Source: Flavobacteriia bacterium
GTDB taxonomy: Bacteria > Bacteroidota > Bacteroidia > Flavobacteriales_D > Crocinitomicaceae
Direction of reading: 5' to 3'
Length of the DNA: 64,000 nucleotides
Assembly (NCBI GenBank): GCA_046303515.1
Contig: JBKCGI010000086.1
Span: 2,679-66,678, forward strand
How positions within the stretch are numbered: position 1 is the first letter of the stretch; every line of letters begins with the position of its first letter. Shown here piece by piece: positions 1-7,877 of this stretch. Made by a program: the position numbers and the translations under genes. The notes beneath the pieces were generated by a model that was not told the origin of the DNA, did no database searches, and saw nothing but the letters and a program-made list of their open reading frames with translations.

Positions 1-1276
1 CACCTTCAAAAGTCATTAAATTATATCCCTTTTCAGCTTTCAAGTCAAAAGTTTCCCCCTTTTGAAAGTGCAGTGCTTGTTCTTTGGTGAGTTCCACTTT
101 GTTCGGGAAAATATTAATTTTTGAATCCAGAGCTAAAGCATGATCAGGAATCAATTCTTCGCGAATATTTGTTCCCAATTCAGTTCCCATTTTTATCAAA
201 CGCAATTGTTCGTGCAATTCTATAATTTCGTTGGTGAAATTCTCTGGAACAGCAAACAAAATCCCATTCCATTCCAACACACGTTTATCAATTAAATCAA
301 CAAATTTGGTTAAGAATTTAGTTTCTTTAATCTGCTTGATTTGACGGTTGGTATTTTTAAATTTTGTGGGTCTAAAATCGGATTTTTCTTTTTGTAAAAC
401 TACTATGTAAAAACCTTCTGTATCAACAAGATGAGGTAAGGCATAGGCCCCAAAATCACTTCTATCTTTTTGAAAGGGAGAAAAATCTAAATCTAAAATA
501 TCGCAAGCCAAATTTTCTTTAAACCAAGCAACGTTTTCTTCGTTTTCTTGCGTATTAAATGTACAAGTTGAATAAACGACAAATCCTCCCGGTTTCAAAC
601 TATCCCAAACATCCATTACGATGCGCTTTTGTCTGCCAGCACACAATTCCACATTGGCTTCGCTCCATTCGTTTCGTGCGTCTAGATCTTTCCGAAACAT
701 ACCTTCTCCCGAACAAGGCGCATCAATCACTATGCAATCAAAAAAATTGTTGACTCGTTTAAAATCTTTTGGATCATTGTTGGAAACTAATGTGTTCGTA
801 TATCCCCATTTCGTGAGGTTTTCTTTCAAAATTTTCGCTCTACTTTGGATAACTTCATTGCTCACTAACAAACCTTTGTAGTCCAAAAAGCTTGCTATTA
901 GGGTTGATTTCCCTCCTGGTGCAGCACACAAATCTAATAGGATTGGATTTTCAGGTAAATCAAGTTGTTTTAGAACTTTTTCCAACATCATCGAACCAGC
1001 TTCTTGTGGATAATAAACTCCCGCATGAAACAAGGGGTCTAAAGTGAATATTGGTCTTTCTTTTAAATAGAAGGCATTTTCGGTCCAAGGGATTCGACTA
1101 TTCGATTCACTTCGTGGCTGCTCCTCGCGGTGTTCGACAATTAGATTTTTCGACTTGTTGTAGCGAATGCTCGTTGGCGCATCCAAATTCAAGGCTTCCA
1201 AGAGTTTATCACTCAAAAAAGAATCGTTTTTAACACGTGTTTCAAATGCTGGTGGAAAGTTTTTTTTTTCAGTCAT
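1..1276 (-). CDS. NOL1/NOP2/Sun-family RNA (cytosine-C5)-methyltransferase (RsmB/RsmF-like); 3' end runs off the window
   Basis: Absent from the ORF track because it is open at the window edge. Hand translation of the minus strand from ATG 1276-1274 gives MTEKKNFPPAFETRVKND... It contains the SAM-binding DLCAAPGGKST (about 900-960) and the catalytic-Cys motif IDAPCSGEG (about 700-740). Confidence 0.85.
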   Translation of the reverse strand, partial: MTEKKNFPPAFETRVKNDSFLSDKLLEALNLDAPTSIRYNKSKNLIVEHREEQPRSESNSRIPWTENAFYLKERPIFTLDPLFHAGVYYPQEAGSMMLEKVLKQLDLPENPILLDLCAAPGGKSTLIASFLDYKGLLVSNEVIQSRAKILKENLTKWGYTNTLVSNNDPKDFKRVNNFFDCIVIDAPCSGEGMFRKDLDARNEWSEANVELCAGRQKRIVMDVWDSLKPGGFVVYSTCTFNTQENEENVAWFKENLACDILDLDFSPFQKDRSDFGAYALPHLVDTEGFYIVVLQKEKSDFRPTKFKNTNRQIKQIKETKFLTKFVDLIDKRVLEWNGILFAVPENFTNEIIELHEQLRLIKMGTELGTNIREELIPDHALALDSKINIFPNKVELTKEQALHFQKGETFDLKAEKGYNLMTFEG

Positions 1277-1285
1277 AATCAAGTT

Positions 1286-1293
1286 CAAACTTA
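1286..1293 (-). promoter_or_regulatory. Bacteroidota-type -7 promoter box (TAAGTTTG)
   Basis: Minus strand reads TAAGTTTG (TAnnTTTG consensus), 10 nt upstream of the methyltransferase ATG. Confidence 0.4.
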
Positions 1294-1420
1294 GTTATTT
1301 TTTTTGTTTCTTTCAGAAATTAGCTGATTTTTTCACGTTGATATTCGGGGATTTTAAAGCTTAATTCAAATTTTAATCCGATTCATAGCTTACAAGTTAA
1401 AAATTAATTATTTTTAAACC

Positions 1421-2383
1421 ATGAAAGCAAGCGTTTACAGAAAATACGGTCCACCAGAAGTTTTGACTATTGAAGAAGTTGCAAAGCCAATTCCTCAAGC
1501 GGATGAAATATTGATTAAAGTCATTTGTTCGACAATAAATCGCACAGATTGTGGGTTCAGAAGTGCTGAATATGTTATTTCTCGCTTGTTTAGTGGTTTA
1601 TTTAGACCGAAATTAAATGTTTTGGGTTCTGAATTTGCTGGAATTGTAGAAGAAATTGGAGCTTCGGTAACGCAATTTAAAGTTGGTGATAAGGTTTTTG
1701 GTTTCGACGATAAAAAATTTGGTGGTCACGCCGAATACAAATGCATTGGCGAAAATAAAGCGGTGGCAACAATTCCAGAAGGAGTCAATTTTGAAGAAGC
1801 AACTGCGATTCTTGAAGGTTCACATTATGCCTTGTGCGATATTCGTGCAGCGAAAGTTCAAAAAGGACAAAAAGTATTGGTAAATGGTGCAACTGGAGCA
1901 ATTGGTTCTGCAGCCGTTCAGCTTTTAAAGCATTATGAAACAAATGTAACAGCAGTTTGTGACACCAAAAACATGGACTTGGTAAAATCTCTTGGTGCAG
2001 ACAAAGTACTAGATTACACGAAAGAAGATTACACAAATACTTCGGAAAGATATGATTTTGTTTTCGATGCAGTAGGTAAAAGTTCCTTCGGGCAAGCAAA
2101 AAAAGTACTAAAAGAAAAAGGAATTTACATTTCTACCGAATTAGGAAAAGGTGGTGAAAACATTTATTTAGCATTGTGGACTCCTTTTTTTAGCAAGAAA
2201 AAATTATTGTTCCCGCTCCCAACAATAAACAAAGAAGATACACTTTTTATCAAATCTTTAGTAGAAACGAAACAATTTATGCCTGTTTTAGATCGAACAT
2301 TTAAACTTGATGATGTTGTGGAAGCAACAAAATATGTGGAAACAGGTCAGAAAATTGGGAATGTTGTCTTACAAATAGATTGA
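1421..2383 (+). CDS. NAD(P)-dependent oxidoreductase, medium-chain dehydrogenase/reductase family (quinone-oxidoreductase-like)
   Basis: 320-aa ORF with a GroES-like N-terminus and an NGATGAIGSAAVQL dinucleotide-binding loop. Confidence 0.8.
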   Translation: MKASVYRKYGPPEVLTIEEVAKPIPQADEILIKVICSTINRTDCGFRSAEYVISRLFSGLFRPKLNVLGSEFAGIVEEIGASVTQFKVGDKVFGFDDKKFGGHAEYKCIGENKAVATIPEGVNFEEATAILEGSHYALCDIRAAKVQKGQKVLVNGATGAIGSAAVQLLKHYETNVTAVCDTKNMDLVKSLGADKVLDYTKEDYTNTSERYDFVFDAVGKSSFGQAKKVLKEKGIYISTELGKGGENIYLALWTPFFSKKKLLFPLPTINKEDTLFIKSLVETKQFMPVLDRTFKLDDVVEATKYVETGQKIGNVVLQID

Positions 2384-2411
2384 TTGCTAATAAAATAAAA
2401 AATAATTGCCA

Positions 2412-3038
2412 ATGAGTTTTTACGGAACAAAATTTTCTATTTCTCTTTTTGCAATTATCATTATGTTTGGTTGTAAAGATTCAGGTGACAATAAACTAAA
2501 AAATAAGAAAGTCGTAACTTCCTACAATATGGAAGTTTGCAATGTTATAAATACTTGTATAAAAAATTGTACTCCTGTAAATGAAATAAAGGCAAAATAT
2601 GATAATTTAGGTTCATCAGCAAACTTAACTTTATTCGTATCTGAAGTATTATTTCTATTAGAACAGAAGACTATTGACACTTTAATTAATTTAAAAGCAA
2701 GTACCTTATTAAATGCAGCAATACTAAAACCAAGCGCTCCAGAAAATTTCAACATTCAATATTTAAAGAATTTGAATGAAATCAAGGTTTCAGTTATACC
2801 TCCATTAACGAGCGAAGAAGGTGAAAAAAATATTGGAAAAATTGTATTTTCCAGAATATGTTTTAATAAAGAAAGAACAAAAGCTGCATGTATATTTGAA
2901 TTTACAAACGTCAGTCAAAACAAAAGAATTTTTGCATTAGAACTTGTAAAAAATGAAAATTGGAAAATCATAAAAAAAATTGATATCAGCAATCTTGATG
3001 ATTTTTCAATGTATATTAGTAATACAAATAACTTCTAA
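2412..3038 (+). CDS. hypothetical lipoprotein
   Basis: ATG at 2412 (track start 2406 is TTG). Signal peptide with lipobox-like MFGCKD. No recognisable domain. Confidence 0.5.
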   Translation: MSFYGTKFSISLFAIIIMFGCKDSGDNKLKNKKVVTSYNMEVCNVINTCIKNCTPVNEIKAKYDNLGSSANLTLFVSEVLFLLEQKTIDTLINLKASTLLNAAILKPSAPENFNIQYLKNLNEIKVSVIPPLTSEEGEKNIGKIVFSRICFNKERTKAACIFEFTNVSQNKRIFALELVKNENWKIIKKIDISNLDDFSMYISNTNNF

Positions 3039-3064
3039 TTAATTAAAGAAACTTAAATTACTTA

Positions 3065-3226
3065 TTGTTTGCGCCTATCGGTCTACAAGCTCTAGTAAAC
3101 TCACTTCTTGCTAGCAACTTTTCATTGTGCGTGTTTTCCCAAGATCAAAACCACCAACTTCAGTTGCTAAAGCAAGTATTTTCGTTCAGCTAGTTGCTCT
3201 TCGCCCGCGCGTTAGGGTTTCATCTT
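3065..3226. other. G+C-enriched non-coding island with multiple short complementary segments (candidate leader, sRNA or decayed repeat)
   Basis: No ORF of meaningful length in any frame. Visibly higher G+C than its flanks. AGCAACT (3113-3119) is complementary to AGTTGCT at 3162-3168 and 3192-3198. Local hairpin CAACT-TC-AGTTG at 3155-3166. Confidence 0.3.
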
Positions 3227-3333
3227 CAAATTAGTATTTGTTAATTAAAAATTTATTTCACCAAGGGATTTAAACAAATCTGTCGTCTGATTTAAGGACT
3301 GAAGTAATTTAGCTTTAGTTTTTATTTCAATAC

Positions 3334-5679
3334 ATGTTTAGATTTCTTTTTTTGATGTTAATTATCACATCATTTTCATTCTCCCAAAACAATACCCAAA
3401 ACATTCGTGGAACAGTAATTGACAAACTTTCCCAAACACCGTTAATTGGAGCAACAATACAAATTCCAAGTCTTCAAAAAGCAGTTGTAACAGATAGTTT
3501 AGGTAATTTCGTACTTTCAGATCTTTCACCAGACCGATATGAATTGAAAGTGCTATTTTATGGTTATAAAAGTCTAACGCTTCCAAACATTGTAGTTACG
3601 TCAGGTAAGGAAGTAATTTTAGAAATCACCTTAGAGGAGGAATATAAAAATCTGAATGAAGTAACCATAACTGCGCATAATAAAGGAGGAACAATTAACA
3701 ATACAGCTAGTGTAAGCGCTAGAACTTTTTCCATGGAAGAAGTGAATCGATACGCTGGTGGACGAAATGACCCAGCTAGACTGGCAGCTAACTTTGCAGG
3801 AGTAAGCGCACCTGACGACAGCAGGAATGATATCGTTATTCGCGGAAATTCGCCAGTTGGTGTCTTATGGAGGATTGATGGTATGAATGTTACTAACCCA
3901 AATCATTTTGCGAGTGTTGGTACAACTGGTGGAGCTGTGAGTGCTTTAAATACCAATCTGTTGAAAAATTCTGATTTCTTCACCTCAGCCTTTCCTGCAG
4001 AATACGGAAACGCTACTTCTGGAGTATTTGATTTAGGTTTGCGAAACGGTAACAATAAAAAAAGAGAAACTACCATTCAAGCTGGAGTGATAACAGGATT
4101 AGAATTAACAACTGAAGGACCATTCAGTAAAAAAAGTTCTGCTTCCTATTTGGTTGGATATCGTTATTCGCTTGCAGGAATTGCCCAAGCTGCAGGAGTG
4201 AATATTGGAACCACAGCAACGCCAAGTTATCAAGATTTATCCTTCAAACTAAGCAGTGGAACTTCAAAATTTGGCAAAATTTCCCTTTTTGGAATTTTAG
4301 CTTCAAGCACAATTAACATCGGTGGAGATACTAAAAACACGCTTTACGGAAATGGAAACCAAGTAGATTTTGCAAGTAAAATTGGAATTGCCGGCTTAAA
4401 TCATTTCAAACAAATCAATACAAAATCATTTTTGTCTACAAATATTGGAGTGAACTATTCAAAAACCGATCAAACAGCCTATGATGTGGATCATTTCTCC
4501 AATAACAGTTTCGTGCGTGAAATAAACAAAGTTGAAAAAATTAGTTATAACTTCAGCAGTAATTATAACCTAAAAATTAATTCTCGCTTTTTCTTGAAAG
4601 CTGGTTTACAGCACGAAATCATTGCTTTAGACTTGGATTACCAAACGAAAAACAATGAAATCGCACCTACAGTTCAAATTTGGGATTTCAGTGATTACAC
4701 ACATTTATCTCAAGGTTTCATCAACTTAAAATCAAATTTGAGTAAAAAATTAACAGCAAATATTGGTGTGCATTCGCAACTTTTTTATTTAAATAATTCT
4801 TTTTCTCTGGAACCAAGAGTGGGCATGATTTATAAGTTAAATGAAAAAAGCAGTTTGAATTTTGGATACGGTTTACATGCACAAACGCAAGCCATAAACG
4901 TCTATTTCTTGCAAACTAAAGACCAAAATGGAAACACACTTTACAACAATAAAAATTTAGATTTCACCAAAAGTCATCACTTTGTATTGGCTTACAACCT
5001 ACAACCATTCAACGATTGGAGAATCAAAACAGAAGTTTACTACCAATCGATTTACAATGTTCCAGTAACTTCTTTTGCGAGTTCTTATTCCATGCTAAAT
5101 ACTGGCGCCGCTTTTAAAGTTGATTTAACTGACAGCTTAGTAAATTCGGGAACAGGAACAAATTACGGATTTGAAATTACGCTTGAGAAATTCTTTAGCA
5201 AAGGCTACTACGGACTTTTTACGGCTTCTATTTACGATTCAAAATATGTTGGGAGCGATGGTATAGAGCGAAATACAGCTTTTAATGGAAAATATGTTTT
5301 CAATATTTTAGCCGGAAAAGAATGGCGTTTGGGACAAGCAAAAAGAAATAAATTCTCTCTAGATTTAAAATTCACTAATGCAGGAGGACGAGCATATACT
5401 CCAATTGATTTAACTGCTTCAAATTTAATAGGTCATGAAGTCCTTTCGACAGAAGAATATTCAGCTAATTATGCCACATATTACCGCTTGGATTTGAAAG
5501 CGGGCTTCACCTTGAACAGTGCAAAACGAAAAATAGCACAAACAATCTCACTTGATCTTCAAAACGTTACAAACCATAAAAATGTATTTTCATTGAGTTA
5601 TGATTCTCAGTCCAAAAGTATTCGCACCACAAATCAATTAGGATTTTTCCCAAATTTGGTTTATAAAATACAGTTTTGA
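3334..5679 (+). CDS. TonB-dependent receptor with N-terminal carboxypeptidase-regulatory-like domain
   Basis: 781 aa. Signal peptide, NIRGTVIDKLSQTPLIGATIQI CarboxypepD_reg-like segment, and a long beta-rich region ending in the aromatic ...VYKIQF. Confidence 0.8.
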   Translation: MFRFLFLMLIITSFSFSQNNTQNIRGTVIDKLSQTPLIGATIQIPSLQKAVVTDSLGNFVLSDLSPDRYELKVLFYGYKSLTLPNIVVTSGKEVILEITLEEEYKNLNEVTITAHNKGGTINNTASVSARTFSMEEVNRYAGGRNDPARLAANFAGVSAPDDSRNDIVIRGNSPVGVLWRIDGMNVTNPNHFASVGTTGGAVSALNTNLLKNSDFFTSAFPAEYGNATSGVFDLGLRNGNNKKRETTIQAGVITGLELTTEGPFSKKSSASYLVGYRYSLAGIAQAAGVNIGTTATPSYQDLSFKLSSGTSKFGKISLFGILASSTINIGGDTKNTLYGNGNQVDFASKIGIAGLNHFKQINTKSFLSTNIGVNYSKTDQTAYDVDHFSNNSFVREINKVEKISYNFSSNYNLKINSRFFLKAGLQHEIIALDLDYQTKNNEIAPTVQIWDFSDYTHLSQGFINLKSNLSKKLTANIGVHSQLFYLNNSFSLEPRVGMIYKLNEKSSLNFGYGLHAQTQAINVYFLQTKDQNGNTLYNNKNLDFTKSHHFVLAYNLQPFNDWRIKTEVYYQSIYNVPVTSFASSYSMLNTGAAFKVDLTDSLVNSGTGTNYGFEITLEKFFSKGYYGLFTASIYDSKYVGSDGIERNTAFNGKYVFNILAGKEWRLGQAKRNKFSLDLKFTNAGGRAYTPIDLTASNLIGHEVLSTEEYSANYATYYRLDLKAGFTLNSAKRKIAQTISLDLQNVTNHKNVFSLSYDSQSKSIRTTNQLGFFPNLVYKIQF

Positions 5680-5719
5680 TTTTACTTTGAGATTTAATTT
5701 TATTATTTCAGAAATTAAG

Positions 5720-5727
5720 TATATTTG
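5720..5727 (+). promoter_or_regulatory. -7 promoter box (TATATTTG)
   Basis: Matches TAnnTTTG, 39 nt upstream of ATG 5766. Confidence 0.4.
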
Positions 5728-5765
5728 AAAAAAAATCAATTATTTATTGAATTTAATAATTATCA

Positions 5766-6323
5766 ATGGCCCCAACATTCTTCGAAACAAAAGATCATTT
5801 CCGTGCTTGGCTCGATAAAAATCATGCTATTGCAAAAGAACTAATTGTTGGCTATTATAAAGTTGGTACTGGAAAACCATCCATGACTTGGTCTCAATCT
5901 GTGGATCAAGCATTGTGTTTTGGTTGGATTGATGGCGTAAGAAGAACAGTTGATGCAGAATCTTATTGTATCCGATTTACTCCCCGAAGAAAAACAAGTA
6001 TATGGAGTGCGATTAACGTTAAGAAAGTAGAAGAATTGACCAAAGCAGGATTGATGAAACCCGAAGGTTTAAAAGCTTTTGCTTTTTTGGATGAAAATAA
6101 ATCTCCTTCTTATTCAAGTGAAACGCAAATTTCGGCATTGGATCCAAGTTTGGAAAATAAGTTTAAATCAAATTCGGTTGCTTGGGATTTTTTCTGTAAA
6201 CAAGCTCCATCTTATAGAAAAGTCACCATTCATTGGATAATGAGCGCCAAGCAAGAGAAAACGAGAATTACTCGCTTGGAAAAAACAATTGAATTTAGTG
6301 CACAGGAAAAACGATTGACCTAA
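5766..6323 (+). CDS. YdeI/OmpD-associated family protein
   Basis: 185 aa. The N-terminus ...FFETKDHFRAWLDKNH and the CFGWIDGVRR segment are typical of the YdeI-type family as I recall it. Confidence 0.7.
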   Translation: MAPTFFETKDHFRAWLDKNHAIAKELIVGYYKVGTGKPSMTWSQSVDQALCFGWIDGVRRTVDAESYCIRFTPRRKTSIWSAINVKKVEELTKAGLMKPEGLKAFAFLDENKSPSYSSETQISALDPSLENKFKSNSVAWDFFCKQAPSYRKVTIHWIMSAKQEKTRITRLEKTIEFSAQEKRLT

Positions 6324-6330
6324 ATTCAAA

Positions 6331-6365
6331 TACTTCTAACTACTAATTTCTAACTACTGACTAGA
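6331..6365. repeat. degenerate heptanucleotide array (5 units, + strand TACTTCT AACTACT AATTTCT AACTACT GACTAGA)
   Basis: Read directly from the sequence. It contains an 11-nt direct repeat TTCTAACTACT at 6334-6344 and 6348-6358. It overlaps the stop codon (6354-6356) and last codons of the VOC gene. Same unit as the array at 50997-51066. Confidence 0.6.
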
Positions 6366-6749
6366 ATGTAATCCCACCAAATTCCCCTCAGAATCTTCGA
6401 AAAAAGCCATAAAACCAGTTTCTGGACTGATTTGAGTTTTACCCAAAATAATATTGGTACCAATTTTTTCCATCCGTTGTAATACAAGTTGCAAATCAGG
6501 ATTTGCGTTTAAGTAAATAACAGAACCTTTTTTACTCGGTTGATGCATGTTACTTTTGACCAAAGCACCGCCAACTTTACCACCTTCTCCCGTACTTGGA
6601 AAAATGGCCATCTCAATTCCCGATAGGTTTACTTCATGCATTTTGATATTGAAAGCTTGCTCGTAAAAATGCATGGCTCTTTTGATATTTGTCACAGCAA
6701 TTTCAAACCAATTTAAAGCGTTTGTCTTCTCGTTCATGTATTCGCTCAT
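6354..6749 (-). CDS. VOC (glyoxalase/bleomycin-resistance) family protein
   Basis: 131 aa with a single VOC-type fold. The N-terminal NWFEIAVTNIKRAMHFYEQAF pattern fits. Confidence 0.8.
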   Translation of the reverse strand: MSEYMNEKTNALNWFEIAVTNIKRAMHFYEQAFNIKMHEVNLSGIEMAIFPSTGEGGKVGGALVKSNMHQPSKKGSVIYLNANPDLQLVLQRMEKIGTNIILGKTQISPETGFMAFFEDSEGNLVGLHSSQ

Positions 6750-6766
6750 GCTTTTTTTTGGGGAAA

Positions 6767-7735
6767 TTAGAAAAAAAGTTTTATTAATTGGCTTCCAGAA
6801 TCAAAATTTAGCTTCAAAAAATACACGCTATGCAAGTTCTTTTTTTCTAGACTTAAATCAGTTGATTTTTTAATATTAGTTTCAATAATTTTCCCATCCA
6901 ATGAAAATATGCTATAAGTAAATTGTTTTTCCGATAGAATTTTAATTTCATTTTCTAAATAATAAATTTTGGTCAGATTTTCTTTTTCAATCAGTGAATT
7001 TATATTTGAATACATCACTCCAATTCCATCCAAATCAAAACCTCCTGATTCAAAGTCAGAAGGCCAAGGATCATTGATGATATTTCCAAGCGCATCTAAA
7101 CTTCCATATTGGGCATTTATACTTCCAATCACATCAATTATTTTGACATGGGTAATATTATTGACATCCAAATTTGCTGAATCTTTCAATTCTTCTAAAT
7201 CAAAAGGTGTTCCATATCCTTGACGATATTTCCCTGCTAAATTATTGACGTAGCGACAATCTGAGTATTCAAAATTCCCCATTTGTGTTATAGTAGGAGT
7301 TTCAGAAATCGCTGGAAAACGCACAAAATGAATTCCATCAGAACTTACCTCGACGAAAGCATATTCGATATAATCATCTGCAAAACCGTTTTCAAAAACA
7401 GCAAAATCAAATCCTTCACCATTCATTATTGGATTCTCAAAAGTTAAAACGGCTACTCCACTATCTCCGAATGAAACAATATCAAACGAATTTCCTTCAA
7501 CTTGAAACAAAGCATTTTCTGGTAATCCATAACTTGCATTACCCAGAGTTTTATCAGAAATATTTAAATATCCTCGCTGCAAATCAATTCCAATTGCCCA
7601 AGAAAGAATAATGGAACTATCCTTATGAATAGCTGTTGTTCCTAAATTCCCAGGTGCTGGAGCAAAAGATTGAGCATGAAATTTATTTAAAAACACAGCC
7701 AAAATAATGAAAAAGAAATATTTCAATTTAAGCAT
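6767..7735 (-). CDS. secreted protein with T9SS type A C-terminal sorting domain
   Basis: ATG 7735 gives the signal peptide MLKLKYFFFIILAVFLNKFHAQ (track start 7756 is GTG). The C-terminal ...IYYLENEIKIL...VYFLKLNFDSGSQLIKLFF resembles a T9SS sorting domain. Confidence 0.7.
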   Translation of the reverse strand: MLKLKYFFFIILAVFLNKFHAQSFAPAPGNLGTTAIHKDSSIILSWAIGIDLQRGYLNISDKTLGNASYGLPENALFQVEGNSFDIVSFGDSGVAVLTFENPIMNGEGFDFAVFENGFADDYIEYAFVEVSSDGIHFVRFPAISETPTITQMGNFEYSDCRYVNNLAGKYRQGYGTPFDLEELKDSANLDVNNITHVKIIDVIGSINAQYGSLDALGNIINDPWPSDFESGGFDLDGIGVMYSNINSLIEKENLTKIYYLENEIKILSEKQFTYSIFSLDGKIIETNIKKSTDLSLEKKNLHSVYFLKLNFDSGSQLIKLFF

Positions 7736-7755
7736 TGAATTGTCAATTTTTAGCA

Positions 7756-7763
7756 CAAAACTA
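7756..7763 (-). promoter_or_regulatory. -7 promoter box (TAGTTTTG on minus strand)
   Basis: Lies 21 nt upstream of ATG 7735, which supports the shorter start. Confidence 0.4.
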
Positions 7764-7851
7764 ATTAATTAAGTTCTCATATTTCTTAAATGAAAAAAAT
7801 CAAAGCAAAAACATTTTACATAAACGGCAAATCAAATCCCAAAACAAAGCT

Positions 7852-7859
7852 TATTTTTG
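7852..7859 (+). promoter_or_regulatory. -7 promoter box (TATTTTTG)
   Basis: Lies 19 nt upstream of ATG 7878. It overlaps the TTG at 7857 used by the ORF track, which argues against that start. Confidence 0.4.
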
Positions 7860-7877
7860 CTTTTTAAAACTGATTTC

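Noticed and set aside
3065-3226. Cobalamin or TPP riboswitch upstream of the TonB-dependent receptor
   Set aside because: I could not find the B12 box (GCCACTG-like) or the TPP CTGAGA / ACCTGA cores.
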